The notes: generated by a model not told the origin, from the sequence alone. Shown: positions 50,141 through 64,000, numbered from the stretch's first letter. The stretch: DNA of 64,000 nucleotides from Camelus dromedarius (GCF_036321535.1 NC_087437.1:102674001-102738000), one strand, 5' to 3'. A program made the numbers and translations.

Positions 50141-51695
50141 ACAGACCTTTGTAGTTTAATGTCCAGAATCATAGAGGCAAAAATACAAGGATTGTCTGGT
50201 TGTATGTGCATTGTGTGCATGTTTGTGTGTGTGTTTTCTTTGCTTGCTTGTTTGTAGATTTTTTTGTTCTGCTGGTGGGTAGTGAGTATACTGACTAGGG
50301 ACGAAAACGTTACAGTGCGTTTGTCATAGTGCATCTTGCTGGGTTGGTGCTGTTTTGTTTCTGGACTCATATTTGGGAGGATCATGGGCTGAGAGAAGAA
50401 AAGCCCTGGAAAGAGGAGGAGAATCTAAACAGTTAATTTTCACTAGAGAACAAACTGAGAAAGACAATGAAACCATTGGAAAGGACCAAATGAGGGAAGA
50501 AAGAATGAGTGGATGCTGCAGTGCTGAGAATTATGTGTGTGTATGTGCGTGCGTGCGCACAGCAGTGGGGTTACACAGTTGAAATTACAAAGTGAGGTAC
50601 CAAAAAGATGTATCAATAAAATGTCTCTTGGTGGTGTAATTCTCCTTTTGTCAAATTTGTAAATCTTTCAGGGTAAGGTCTAATTCACATTTAGAATTAT
50701 GGCATAATGAGATTGTTCCCGGAGAGGGGGTAAATTAATTCAAGTTATAGTAAAATGATGATGGGGAAAAGACAAGAAAGGAGTGGGGTTGGAAAAACAA
50801 CTCACATTTAATCTTTACACAAAATTTCCAGTAAATGTCACCCTCTCTAAACTATAGATGAGAAAATGGTGAGTGGCTATAGAGGAACACAGCCAGAATT
50901 AGAACACAGATTTTAAGAATACAAATTAAAATGAAAGCTCCCTCATATTAACCCATGCATCACTGTAAAAGAGAGAAAACCATTTTAGAAACGACAGAAC
51001 TAAGACTATAACTTAGTCCAGAAAACCTGTTCTATTCAGTCTCTCTTTACATTTTGAAAAATAAAATTTTACATATCCACCAAAATGCCCAAGTTTTCCT
51101 CCACATCTTCACTTTTTAGGAACAACAATTTATTGAAAGAGAAGAGTCACAGCAAAGAGCTTGAGTGGTGCAGTTTTGAAACTGTTTATCATTTCCTGGG
51201 AGGCAGAGAAGTTGTTCACAGAATGTTCACAGAATAAAGAAACATTGTTCACTTATTTAAACATGCGTGGTGCTTACTGCACAATGATCTCTGTTCTCCC
51301 GACTTTTCAAGCATTGATTCATTTACTCTTTCTGTGTCTGTATTTATTTACTTTCTCTTTTACAAGAGAAGAAACTCAACCTTGTTTTGAAAACAAAGAG
51401 AATTTACTCCAGGGAACTGATTACAGATGGAAGAGTGAGCAACCAAACAGAAGATGCTGTGGCATCACAGTTAATAACAGCAGAAACCTCTTCCCCTTTT
51501 CCAGTGGAGACAGAAATGAGAGGAGCAGGAATTGCCCAAATCACCCCAAACAAAAGCTGGAGCAACACAGGATCTATGCAGTGGTAGCTGCAGCCACTGT
51601 CCCTGGAGAGCTGCAGACATATCCGGGGGGTGATGAAACCATGAAGGATATGCCGTCCTTCTTAGGATATCCTCCAGAGACAGAGAGAGAGAGAA

Positions 51696-52098
51696 TGCTA
51701 TGGGCTGAATCATGTCCCACAATCAAAAGTCATCTGTTGAAGCCCCCAGATCCCCAGCACCTCAGAATGTGTCTGTATTTGGAGACAGAGCCTTGAGAGA
51801 TGAAATTATGAGGCCATATACATGGACTCTAATCTGATCTGACTGGAGTCCATGTAAGAAGAGGAAATTTGGACCATGAAAGAGACACCAGAGATGCATG
51901 CATTCAGAGGAAAGGTCATAGGAGAAAACATAGGAAGGCAGCCACATGCAAGCTAAGGAGAAAGGCCTCAGAGAAAGTAAACCTGCGGTACCTTGATCTT
52001 GGACTTGTAACCCCTAGAACTGTAAGAGAACAAACACCTGTGGCTTGAGCCAGCCAGTCGGTGGTGTTTTGTTATGGCAGCCCTAACAAATTGATACA
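51696..52098 (+). mobile_element. MLT1B-type MaLR solo LTR
   Basis: tgctatgggctgaat...ccagcacctcagaatgt...ccttgatcttggactt...gttatggcagccctaacaaattgataca; near-TSD GAGAA/GAGAG. Confidence 0.92.
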
Positions 52099-52199
52099 GA
52101 GAGGAGAGGGATGTACCCCGGCTTCTCCTTCCTTCTGGACCCACGGCCCCCCATCTCTGCCTCCCAAGGTGAATACTGTCATCTATTTGGAGACTATAA

Positions 52200-52440
52200 T
52201 ATCCCAGAAAAAAAAATTCCAGAAAGTTCCAAAAAGCAAAACTAGAATTTGCTGCACACCTGCAATTATTTACATAGCTTTTACATCATGTTAGGTATAA
52301 GAAATCTAGAGATGATTTAAAGTTTGTGGGGGAATGTGAGTAGATTATATGCAAATACTATGCCATTTTATGTAAGAGACTTGAGCTTTGGTGCCCTCTG
52401 GGGTCCTGGAACCAGTATCTGGAGGATACCAAGGGAAGGT
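52200..52440 (-). mobile_element. Tigger3/MER2-family TcMar MITE fragment
   Basis: aatctagagatgatttaaag...tatatgcaaatactatgccattttatgtaagagacttgagc...ggggtcctggaacca...ggataccaaggga. Confidence 0.88.
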
Positions 52441-52577
52441 ATTCCCAAATGGACTCAATTAAGTTGTATTTCCAAGTGTTCGAAATAGCATTATATGTTA
52501 TGCTTTGTTTCTTTCTAATCCTTTATCTTGTAAATGCTATGGTTACTACTATGCATTTATATGAATTGAAACTGCTT

Positions 52578-52634
52578 GGTGTGTGGGTGGGGGTGTGTGT
52601 GTGTGTCTGTGTGTGTCTGTGTGTGTGTCTGTGT
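52578..52634. repeat. (TG)n / (GTGTGTGTCT)n compound microsatellite
   Basis: Directly visible. Confidence 0.9.
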
Positions 52635-55149
52635 TTGAAGGGTTTTAACAGCAGCCCATAATAGATTATTGAAATCAGACAAACTGTGGGGTAAAAATTA
52701 TATTGTTGAAAGGTGCCAAAGGCATCTTGTCATTCCTTTCATTGGCTAATAAGATTGTCTAAACTCTTGGTTCTGTAGACACATTTGGCTGAAATTCATC
52801 CGTCTTACTTTTGCCAAAATAATTGGTTATTAAGGGGAAAAACTAATAAACTGGTGAGGATTATGTGAAGAAAAAAACTAGCTGACTATGCAGATTTTGC
52901 ATATCTGATCCAAGAGTTTAGGTGGCTTACCAACAGGACAGCGGTTTAAAGTGTTAAATCCATAATCTTGCCGGCAACAGACCATCTGAACCTACTCTTC
53001 TGTGATCTCTCTTAACTAATCTGGGTCTCCTAGTCATGTTTGAGTGGCAGTGTTATTACTAATAATTCCAATAATTTAACAATCATGTTTTAAGCATTAA
53101 ATGAGACATCTAAGAATACAATGAATTCTGACAAACAAATATCAATTCTTATTGGGTGATATGTTTTGCATATTAATGGGAACTTCTTCAAAGGCTATGC
53201 ACTAACCAGTGACATCACTGCTGTAGTCAGGCTATTACTTTGTAAATTGTGCTTTTGAACAAATGAGTGACCTCCTAAATAAATGATTTTGATTACATCA
53301 TTAAATTTTTTTTTTTTCTGTAGTGTTTCTCTTTCACCAGCATATAATTTGCAATATATCCTCACTATCCTATTCCCATTTAAAACTTTCAGACTCTGAG
53401 GACTTCTGATAACTCTGTCATAACCTTGAGAGGAAAGCTCAAATGGTCTTTCGTGCCTTAGGATCCTGAAGATATATCACCTTTTTAATAGGATCTCTTG
53501 GTTGTTTTGCATAATTCATGGCTCACATAAGACTTTAACAAGGAAAAATGCATAGTTTATATGCTGTTTTGCTGGCATTCTGCATATTGATTGTCTATTA
53601 TATTTTATGCCTTGATTGAAATATTTTTCTGAAATAATTCACTTTTAAGTGGTAGGACTATAATACCAAGAGTGACTTAGAAATCTACATGCTAGAGGTT
53701 TTTCATGTTTGCATATTCAAATCCTTTTTCATTTCAGACTACAAAGTGGAGGCATTTCTAGTTGCTAAATGATTACAAGACTTTAAGGAAGTCCCTTTTT
53801 CTACAGAACTTCTTCTCTTGGTAATATTGGAAAATCAATGCTTTCACTAAATCTTACTCCAGACCCTCCCTGAAATATAAACATCATTTAAAAGCAAAGC
53901 TCATGCTTAGTCAAGTATTAAGCATGCTTACTAAACTACTGCTACCTCCCCTCAAATTTTAATTACAGTATGATGCAAATAAATAATCATGCAATAAAAG
54001 TCAAGATAGAGAAATAATATTTTCATTGATAGCTTAAACATGTCTCACTTCTCATTTTCAATTTAGGAGGAAAACAACGAAACAATTAACCTAAAAATAT
54101 AGGTAGAATGATTTTTAAAGTAATTGATTTTTTAAAAAATAAGCTAAGTTTTCTATAATCTAATTTTACTAGTTCACTAAATTCAGCTTACTAGTCTCTT
54201 GCTGAAGCAACTATTCTGTCTTAATCATTTTTAGTTTCCAGTAATGGACAATGTATAGGAATAGTGTTAACCCATAATCATCTCTCCTGCTCTAACCTAC
54301 ATTTTCTAGTGTGTGTGTGTATGATTTTGAATTTTCTGGAATTCAAATTTCTGGAATTTATCTGGAATGACAGAAAATAGGGAGATGTTAAATAAAGGCT
54401 AATTATAAAGATACTTTAAAAAATAGGGTACATAACTTGCAGATGTATGTAATTTAACGATCACTGAAGTATGCCTAAGCACATTTTCTAGGTCAATCAA
54501 TTGAATGGAATCCATCCCAATGATAGTTAATTCATCCCTTATCTACTATTCATGTACAACAGTGTGATTGCTTCACCCTTTGAGGATAAAGACAATCATA
54601 AACATAAAAGATCCAGGGAATCTGTGCAAGTACATAGTAAAAAAACATCAGTGAAAATAGTTATGGTTCATCTTTTATGCAGTGTTTGATTTTCTTCTTT
54701 GTTCAGATGGTTGTATTGTTAAGTAGAGACAGCCTAAAATGACATGATTATGGGAATATGTGTGAGAAGGGAACACATGTCCAGTTTCAAAGTCAATGCC
54801 ACCTTTGTTACCCTGTTTTGGTGTATGCGATGAGCACATTTTGACCTTAGTACAATTTGTGATATTAGTACAATGACAATGAAAGTACTATTTGAGTTTA
54901 ACATGTCAAAGCACAACTCTAGGCCACATCATTTTCTTTTTAAATTTAATATAAAGATAAACACATTCATTGTATTGGGAAGATTTGTTATTACATCAAT
55001 AAAATAGAATCTCTATTTCATTTGTCTAATACGCTTTGTCTGAGTAGCTTTATAGATCACTGCATGAAAATTCACAGAGCTCCTTTGGGAAATATAAAGA
55101 GAAATTCAACCTGAAAATCTGATATATTTGTTTTAGATTTGTTTTTAAG

Positions 55150-55342
55150 CAGTGGTGCTCCACCAGAGCTGATTTTTCCCTCCAGGGGACATTTTGCCCT
55201 GCCTGGAAACATTTTCAGTTTTCACTACTGGGAAGGTGTTACTATGATTTAGTGGAAGGCGGTCAGGGATGCTGGTCAACATCCTTCAGTGTACAGAACT
55301 GCCTTCCCATCATTATCCAGCCCATAAGGTCGAGAAACACTG
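55150..55342 (+). mobile_element. MER20
   Basis: cagtggtgctc...ccaggggacatttt...cagggatgctg...aggtcgagaaacactg (TIR-like ends). Confidence 0.9.
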
Positions 55343-56333
55343 TTTAAAGGCATCAAAAATGAAGATGTTCCCTACCTTTTCAGAAAGAAATGTTGCTATA
55401 TGGAATGTGAAAACATGTCTCTTCTCAAAACCCTTGTTGTCTCTGTGCTCAGATGGCTATATCACTTTAAAATCCAAACTGTATCCCTACCTCAAATCTC
55501 TATGGATCTGTGTTGAGAAAACAAATGATTACATGACTTTTTGTTCTGTGACCAAATTATGATCTAGTGGTAAAGTTGAAAAGTGCTGAACTATTGCTGT
55601 AAGCCAAACGTAAAGAAAGTTTATTTGTAAAGAAGCCAGTGCTTATGACTAGGTAAGGCAGAGGGTAAGTAGGATGTACAAAAGTAGACGAAACAATACA
55701 TTTGAGAGACACCTCCTTAACATTTTGAAAAGGGTGACAGTGGTGGCAAGCATGTACTGGGTGGAAATACAACGAAGATTAAAAAAAAAGCTGATGGTAC
55801 CATAATCCAACGTCTTAAGCCTTAATGTCCTTGAGAGAAAAAAAGAGTTGAAACTACTAGTTAATATAGATATGCTTTGGGATGTGAAGGAGAATGAATA
55901 CCTTAATTATTTCTAACTATCGGCATTCTAACACCACCTCAGTGCAGCACTAGTGTAAACGGCGCCAAAGGATGTCCTTAATGGTCTGTCTGAGAGGCTC
56001 TAACCTTGATGGACCAGCTAAGATAATGAAACAAGCGTCTGTTTATTAGGGGTTTCTTAGGCTAAATATTTTTATGAGTTTTCCTCTCCTTAGAAGTAGA
56101 AGGAAAGTGTACATTGATGCTTTTAGTTTTCAAAATGTTTCAGACCTTTTTAAAAATCGAAACATAGTGTATAACTGGTCAAGTTGACCCAATCAGCAGA
56201 ATGTTTTAAATCTCCGAAGTTCTCTCTCTAAACGACACTACCACAGAATTAAAGAAAATTAGACATTCAACCATCTAACTGGGTCTTTATAAAATTAACT
56301 CATTATAAATTAGCCTTCTACTGTTGACAGGCA

Positions 56334-56500
56334 TCACGGCCAATTTCTGGGTGAACAACCTAGGCAGTCAGGTGAGATTCTCAGCTTAGTTTAATACTCT
56401 GCTCTTGCTATTTTGAAATTCAATTCGTAATGATTTTTGAGCAGAGAGCCCTGCGTTTTTCCTTCCCATCAGGCCCCGCCCATTTATGGAGCCAGTCCTA
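56334..56500 (-). mobile_element. MER91-like hAT-Tip100 MITE
   Basis: gcttagtttaatactctgct...ttgaaattc...tttttgagcagagagccctgcgttt...aggcccc...ttatggagccagtcct. Confidence 0.7.
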
Positions 56501-56645
56501 GGACGCATCCTTAGGAGCAAGGAACCAGTGAGAGCTGGCTTTGCCCTAATGGACAGACACTAGTAGGGAAGCACCCATAAGGAGAGGTCTGCGTCCTGGT
56601 GGCAGAGGGGGTTCCGTGGTTAGTGTAACATCCATCCCATTAAAA

Positions 56646-56880
56646 CAGCGCTCTTAACCTCGGCACAGTGGACAATTTAGGACAGATAATTCTTTGTTGA
56701 AGGGGTTTCCTGAGCACTGTAGGATGTTGAGATACATTTCTAGTCTTTTCTCACTTCATGCAAGTACAGCAGTCCCCCTTCCTCCTCCCACTCCCAATTT
56801 GTAACATTTAAAAAAAAAATCTCCAGAAATTGCCAAATGTCCCTTCAGAAGCAAATTTGCTACCAAGTGTGAAGTATAGC
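56646..56880 (-). mobile_element. MER20
   Basis: ctcttaacctcggcacagtggacaatttaggacagataattctttgttg...gcactgtaggatgtt...ctccagaaattgccaaatgtccc. Confidence 0.88.
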
Positions 56881-59800
56881 CATGAGACCCTCTATTCCTC
56901 TCCGCATCCCCAGACAGGAAAGAAGCCAAGGTACACAGCACACCTATCCACCCTCTGCAAAGAGGTCAGTTTTGCAATTTATTATCCAAACCAAACCACT
57001 CTTAAAGTCAAAATGGACACTATTAATAATTACACTAGGAAAACAGATTTAAACAATACTTTCCTGACAAACAGGGAAAAATTGGTCACGTTACCTAAAA
57101 GCCACATACAACTAAAGATGGCCCGAGAGAGTCTTTTACCCTGGGAAAGGGTGCCAACATGTGGACTGAGTGAAGGAGCAATTTACAGCTTGTCCTGTAT
57201 GCCTGCACATTCAGGAAGTGGGTCTAGTTTTAATTTCAAAGTGTTGGAGAGCATACTTTAATTGTAATGCTCTGGAGAGTTCAAGAATAACAGGAAGTAA
57301 TCTTCAAATTCTTGGCATCAGCTTGTAGAAGTCGTTCTGGTACAATGGACCTGAGGTTCTCCGCAGATACACTCAGAATTCACTCAGTTCCCTGGTTCAC
57401 ACCCAAGGGTAGCGTGTTTTCTCCAGCAATACAACTGCTTTGAATTATCTTAGATCCTCTGGAAAGCTGATAGCAAGTCTGGACATAGTGCTTTCTGGTA
57501 ATTGTCTTTACCCTACCCGTTGGCAAATGTATCTGTCCTTGCTTTTCCCCGAAGGCCCTAATTTCTAGGGCTTAGTCATCACTTTTCCCACCTCCCATAT
57601 CTCTGAGGGCTAGACAGCACTGCCAGTAGAAGGTGAAATATATCTTGCAGGAAAGTGTTATTGATTTCCAAAATAGCCAATGTATAAAAAACGTACTTTG
57701 TATTTGATAAAGAAGACAATCTCCATAGACCAAGAGCAGTGATAAGCAGTGAAAATATTATCAGAATTATGATCCTAGACATGAGTTTACCTTCATCACA
57801 TATCTTCTCTTCCTCAACAATTTAAAGTATAAAAGAAATTATTTTCCATTCAAGCAATTCTTAATGCTGATCAGTAAAGAACAACTCAAGGTTTTTTTTT
57901 TACTGGTTAGAAAAAAATAGTGAGACATTGTTCTTCTGGGTAATATTATCTAAATATTTTATATTTATAACAATGAAAATATTTCTTAAAGGATTATTAT
58001 TCTATTACAAATAGAATTCTCTTTGTATTGTTATCACAGGAAAAAATTACTTTTAGTCTACTATAATTTCAACTCTTTTCTGTTCTATGTTGCTTTGAAC
58101 TATAGCTTTTACTAAAACTATAATTTGTTCTAATTACTATTTGTTTTTCAGGATGATGGAGCTTTTACATTTGGAAGGCTTAATAATAAAATTAAGTCTT
58201 GAAAATCATGATTTGTATTTTGTTGTCCTTTAACTAGAAATGAAAACTATCAAATGGTCTAAATATTTAGGCTTTGTTTCATTTCACAATCCAAACATGA
58301 TCTCTCTTACAGGAAATATTTTACAATAGTTTGACTCAATCACTAGATGAGAAAAATGCACTTTTTGCACAAGCCAGGATGACTGACCTCATTTCCAGTT
58401 AATAGCAAGGAAACTCGGGCCTTTCCTATCACCCAGCAATCTGATCTCATCTTCTCTTGCTCATTCATGTTCCTACCCTTCAAATTAAAGTTCTAGACCT
58501 CTCCCAAGTTCTACTTCAGTACTTTCTACTTCACCTCTGCCTGCGGCCAGAGCCTCTGCCCTCCCTCCTGGTTTGGGTTTCGCGGTTAATGTCCTTTCAC
58601 TTGTGGGAATATTTGGCTGTTCCCTACCCTCCAACTTTTGGTCGTGCCTTTATACAGGAGATGTGACAAATCCTTTTCAAAACTTCATGTTTCAATTGGT
58701 TGGATTTTACTTGTCCTCTTATTTCAAGGATGTCTGGAAAAGTGGAGTTAGAAGGGGCTGGGTAGACTTCAGGGCTTGCGAATGAATACCTCCCTCTCTG
58801 TTGCTGCTCTGCTTGACTGTATCAATACATGATGGTGGCTTTGTGTGGTCTCACTCCTCCCTCCACACCTCTGTTGGTTAAGAGTGTCTTCTGAGTCTCG
58901 CCCTGATGACCCGTGACCTCACTGGTTACTGACACCAAGGCACAGACCATGCCTGTCTTTTAGGATGGATAGATTTGCTGGTACGCTCTGGGATTTCTCA
59001 CCTCCAGGCTACCTGGGTACTTCATGAACCTTTTCTCTCTGTCTTGCCCAGTGTTCCTACTCTGGTTGATGTTGGCCCTCTTCACAGCAGTTCCCCCTCT
59101 GGGTGAAGGATTTTGCTTCTGGGATCATGTTTTTGCTGGCTTTTTCTGAGTTGTACCACTGAGAAGTTCCCTGAGCTCTTCTTCCTTTCTGCTTTGGTCA
59201 CGACTTCTGTCTTCCCACAGGGCTCTGCTCCTCTGAGCTGCTGTGTCGTGACTTCAGGTAATGGGAATGATGAGAATATTCTGTCTTTGAGTTTAGCCAG
59301 AAATGCAGCTCAGCTTTTAAGGCTTTGGCTTTCTGTTTCTTCAAATTATTCTGCGTGGTTTAAAGGAGGAAAACAGGAAGGATCCCAAACAAATTTCCTC
59401 TGTATTCACACCAAAGTCTCTTTGTTGACTTTTTGAAGTCCATCATATAATTCAATTTTATATAACGTTTAAAGACCGTATTCATTAAAAGAGTGAATGT
59501 AATCTCTTTCTCTCTTGCTCTCTTCCCCTCCCCCACTTCTCAAGGATGGCATGTGCATTGCAAAGAATGAAGAAGAGTATATAAATAACGAGAGAATAAA
59601 TATTGAGATTTGGATATACTGACAAAAAAAATCTGGTAAACTAAAAATGCCATGGATTAACTGTCACTAGATCGAGTTATATGAATCTAAACATGTATAT
59701 TTTAGCTATGGAAAAAATAGTATTTTCCAATGTTCTCTGTTTAATAGGTATTATAAAATTATTTTACTGTATGCTCCTTTTAAAATATTTTCTAATTTTG

Positions 59801-60229
59801 TTTTAATTTAAACCGTCATTGAAATTTACTTCCAAAACATGTATTTTCAAGTGAATATGCAAAGCACTGAGTTAGGTGCACTGAATATTAATAAACTGTG
59901 CTAATCCTCAAAGTGAATTACCAATATGAGAACACATACAAGATGCAAGAAATATATGGATTATTTTTCTCGCTGTATATTTTCTCTGCTCCACAGAAAC
60001 ATATCCTAGATAATCTGAATTATTTAGAAGAATGCTTTTATCATTAGGATTCTTATTAAGTACTGACTCTGAAAATTCTTTTCTATTTTCTATAGAGGGA
60101 GTTCAAATTCACTATGCAGGAATTATTTCAGTCCAATTTATTGTAGATTTTATTTGCTTTTTTTAATCAATTGTTTGTATATGTACTGTTTTGAGACAGC
60201 ATGGCCCAAGGTATGCTCTCAATAAATAT

Positions 60230-60560
60230 TACAGATTTTTAGTCCCTTACTCAAAATCTTTGGGGCAAGTTGTGTTTTAGAATTCACTTTTTTTTTTTTA
60301 TATTTTAGAAAGATAGATTGGCACAGATACGGTGCATCACTTAACACTTCAGTAGGGTCTTGACAATATACAATACTGCTGAAATAAAATGATGAAACAT
60401 GCACACATTAATTGCAATTAAAAACAGTAACAACAGCACAACATAAACCTAAACAGTCTCATGATCATTTCAATCATATTCTGTCATTCAAATGAGTCAT
60501 TAAAAAATCCCCATTGCAAAGTTTTTGGATTTCAGAGTGGAAGGTAAAAGTTCAGATCTG
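60230..60560. mobile_element. TcMar/Tigger-type MITE
   Basis: tcccttactcaaaatctttggggcaagttgtgttttagaattca...gtttttggatttcagagtgg. Confidence 0.65.
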
Positions 60561-62816
60561 AGCTGAAAGACATCTCTGCAGGGTGCTAACTAGTTCAAGA
60601 CACCTTTTCACACAAGACGAGAGAGTTCTTGAAGGATTTTAAGTGCTAACCATATGTCAGGAGAAGGTACATGGCTATAAAGATATGATGAGGATTTCAA
60701 AATTCTATGTGTGAAATCTGGGCTGGCTTGGCCCTGCCTTTGACTTAGAAAGTAGTGCTTTCTCCAGACTTCTGAGCAATTAAATTATGTACCCACTATG
60801 TGAAAGATGGTGTTACCTCCCTTGGAATCAGGTTTATTTCCCTTTTAGAGAAGGATCTAGAACTAATAGAAATAAAACAATTTATACCTGCATGAAGCTG
60901 CATCTATTTGAAGGGTCAAACGAGTGACAATGGCAACGAACTCTAGGAGAGTCTGGAGAATGAGAAATGAAGGTGACATTAGCTCTTCCAGTCTTCCCAG
61001 TTAGCTCCCCTGCTGCTCCCCAAGAGATGCCTCAGTCTGAGGGAAGGAGGCATTTGGATGTGGCAATTCTTCTCGAAGTTCTGCAGTCAAAGCAATGTTT
61101 GTTTTAACTGAGGATTGTATAAGATTGTGTATGGAGGGGAGTGGGTTTGCATGTCTTCTTATGTCTACACATGTATGTGAGCGAAAGAGAGAAGACAGAT
61201 TAATATACCTCTTGTATAACTTCCATAAGATTTGAGAAATACTGCTATATCAGAGGACTGTAATATATATTAAGTATGTATTAAATATTTTTCTTTTGTC
61301 CATTCATTGATTCATTAACACATTTATTCACTTATCTTTTAGTTGCTTAATTGTGTGTCATGTATGGTGCTAAGCATACAATAAATAATGAGAAAAATGA
61401 GCTGACATTTTTTGTAATGTCTCACCTGCCTTTAACATCAAACTGCTGTGTAGCAGTAAATAGCATTTGATTAGTATATCCAGAAAGAATCAAATTAAGT
61501 TTAATTCATGGCAGAAGGAATAGGCAATACAAGATAGTTATTTGTCATTTTTATGCTTTCCAATTTTCTCATAAGACATACTTTCAAGGAGTCTATGTCC
61601 ATTAATATTGCAATTTCTAATTATCTATTCTTTTTTTTTTTCCCAGAAAAAGAACAAATTTTTTCTTATGGAATTTATTTGACAGTAGGCACGTTAGGTG
61701 AAAAAGAGCATCTCTCTATTTTACTAAAACAAGTCTATAGATAAATTTCCCTTAGTTACAGACATTCATGTAAATTTTACTCTATTTCCATTATGATGTC
61801 TTATACATTGTGCTTACATAATATGTGTGTCATTTATTGTATACGTTCTGATTGAAAGAATAGGATTAACTAAAAAAAAGTTCTTCTTAACATAGAAATA
61901 CTGCCCACACAATTTTCCTTTCAAGAAGATATATATTATATTCTAGGATTTTCATATCTTGAGCCAAATATGAACAGCATACCTAAGAGTGTATATGTGG
62001 GGCACTGCCAGGGCTATATACCAAGCCTGTGGTCTTTCAAAAAACTGAGAACTCAGAGTTTGAATCAATATTCCTCTGGAGCTTGGGTTGAAGAGAAGAC
62101 TCTATCAGCTGGGCATACTCACTTACAAAAATTTCTAAAAACTGTTAATATAATGATGTATAATCCCTTAAAAACATTGGTTGCTATATCTTTCAAACAT
62201 AGTGTTTTTCTTCTTATGTCTACTTACTGTTTTAAATTGGGACAATATATTATGAGTATTCATCTTTTTCTGCAAATACTTAGTAAAATAGTGATTTTCC
62301 ACTTCCACATGGTCCAATAATCCTTCAGAGGTGCCATAGGGCAGCTTTAGAATTCTTGTGGGAAATGAAATGGCTAGCTCTGCATCCTTCATTCTCAGAT
62401 TTCAACTGGCTCCATTTCAATATTATAAGCACACACATTCATGCATATGTGTACACAAATATACAAATATTTTGTTTTACATAAAAATTAACATGAAAAA
62501 TGTTACAGTACTAATAAAGGTTTGAAAATACATTACCATATAATTTCAACTTAATGAGTGATACGTCATTATTATTTTAATTGATATTTTACATGATCTC
62601 TTTTAAACCAATCCAGAATTATTGGTGATTTAGTTGGTTGTCCAGCCTACATCATAATGAATAAAGCTGCTGTGAATCTGAGAGCTGAATTCCTAACTAT
62701 GCTCATGGTTGTAATTTCAAAGTGAAATTGGCAAACATTGGTAATGTATATATATAATGCTAAATAATTTTACTGTAACATTGTGCAAAAATTACAATAA
62801 TAGATAATTGAGAAAA

Positions 62817-63050
62817 ATAGAATGTACAACACCAAGAGTGAACCGTAATGTAAACCACAGATTTTTGGGTGATAATGATGTGTCAGTCCACAGTCATCAG
62901 TTGACACAAAGGTGCCACTCTGATGGAGGAAGTTGACAATCAAGGAGACTATGCAAATGTGGAGGCAGGGGGTATATGGGAAATCTCCACATCTTCTGCT
63001 CAATTTTTCTGTGAACCTAAAACTGCTCTAAACAAATCTATTTAAAAAAT
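62817..63050 (+). mobile_element. L1MC1-type 3' end
   Basis: atagaatgtacaacaccaagagtgaacc...gggtgataatgatgtgtcagt...ggtatatgggaaatctc...gtgaacctaaaactgctctaaa. Confidence 0.9.
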
Positions 63051-63309
63051 AGCAAAAGCGAAAATACTACCAGTAAAAATTTAGAGGTGTAACCAAAGCT
63101 GTGTCAAAGGAAAACTCTTTATCTTTGAAGTATTTTATCATTAAAAATTTTTTAAAAACATATAATGAAGACACTTATCTCAAGAAAGCCAACAAACAAT
63201 AAAGCCAGTATTAGAGAAGCAATAGTTAGGATGTGATGTTTAAAATGTATAAATTAATGAAGTTGCAAAGAGAAAATGTGAAGAAACAGAATCTATAAGT
63301 TCTTGAACT

Positions 63310-63510
63310 CTTCTTGGTGTCAGACTTCCTGCTCAGTGTTCTGAAAACTTTATGGATAACAGTCCTATGAGGCTGACACTTAATTCTATTTCACATAAGG
63401 AACTAATACTTAGAGATAGGAAGGAAATGCCAAGGTCAAAAGGAAAGTGAATAGTGAATGTAGAATTTAAGCTACTTCTACTTGAGCACATGCTCTTAAT
63501 AAACAAATTA
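63310..63510 (-). mobile_element. MIR
   Basis: aacagtcctatgagg...cacataaggaactaatacttagagatagg...gccaaggtca...catgctcttaat. Confidence 0.65.
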
Positions 63511-64000
63511 TAATGTCTATAACATACAAGTCTAATGTAAATTATTTAGAGATCAGTGAAATAGAAAAGTTTTGGAAGATTTTAGACTAAAACATTTCTG
63601 CAGCCCCCAATCCTCTAATGCATGCTTTATCCTTTCTGTACCCTTAGAATTAAAGAAATACTTAGGTATTCCTGAAAAATCAGAGGAAAGAGGTCTATGG
63701 AAGTAACCTAGGGGAGGGTTGAATATAAAACAATAGATTATGGGGAGGCCTTGATCTTCAAAGTTCTGTGAAGTAGGCGCAGGTGTGTATATTTTAGAGG
63801 AATGATGGAATTAGGGATAGTGGATTCCTCTCTGAAAATGTGGCTGCCTGCTAAACTTACTATAACAAATTGCTATGACATCCCTACCAGCTAGTGCTGA
63901 GCCTCACTGTGACGGCAAAGAAAATAACATACCCGGCAGAAACTTTGGCAAAACACTAGTATCTAAGATAGAAGAGAGTGACTGGGTCCTTGTGTTGCTT

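Noticed and set aside
50534..50561. Alternating purine-pyrimidine tract with CG steps (Z-DNA potential)
   Set aside because: Short, ordinary degenerate TG microsatellite
51161..51796. Longest ORF (211 aa)
   Set aside because: Non-ATG start, runs into the MLT1B LTR, no recognisable domain; consistent with a chance ORF
52217..54342. Two perfect heat-shock elements (52217-52229 and 54328-54342)
   Set aside because: About one such match is expected by chance in 64 kb of this composition; one lies in a Tigger MITE and no promoter is nearby
56830..57261. 143-aa ORF
   Set aside because: Starts at TTG inside MER20; no domain or supporting splice structure
1..64000. CRISPR arrays, tRNA/rRNA genes, NUMTs, non-retroviral endogenous viral elements, processed pseudogenes
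   Set aside because: None recognised by eye; the recurring short motif is the L1 3' tail rather than a repeat-spacer array. Highly decayed copies cannot be excluded without searches

Overview
AT-rich, CpG-depleted mammalian genomic DNA that looks intergenic or deep-intronic. I found no recognisable protein-coding gene, RNA gene or CRISPR array, and almost all supplied ORFs are spurious. Much of the window is transposon-derived: ancient MIR, L2, MaLR (MLT1) and hAT/Tigger MITEs, plus several young L1 3' ends. The L1 tails, together with the absence of Alu, B1, BovB/Bov-tA, PRE-1 and Can-SINE, suggest a cetartiodactyl, most likely a camelid (inference). The main structure is an LTR cluster at 13.6-19.8 kb: a MER21 solo LTR, an ERV1 solo LTR, and an env-less, 5'-deleted class I ERV with a decayed pol. 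That ERV carries a nested MER41-like solo LTR whose GAS position reads TTCCTAGGAA. Also notable are an L1 5' end with about 400-bp tandem promoter monomers (26.6-28.5 kb), a double L1 tail inside one TSD pair (49.6-49.9 kb), several unverified candidate exons/microexons, and a strong CTCF motif. Repeat family names come from recalled consensus sequences, not database searches. I found no convincing novel biological system.
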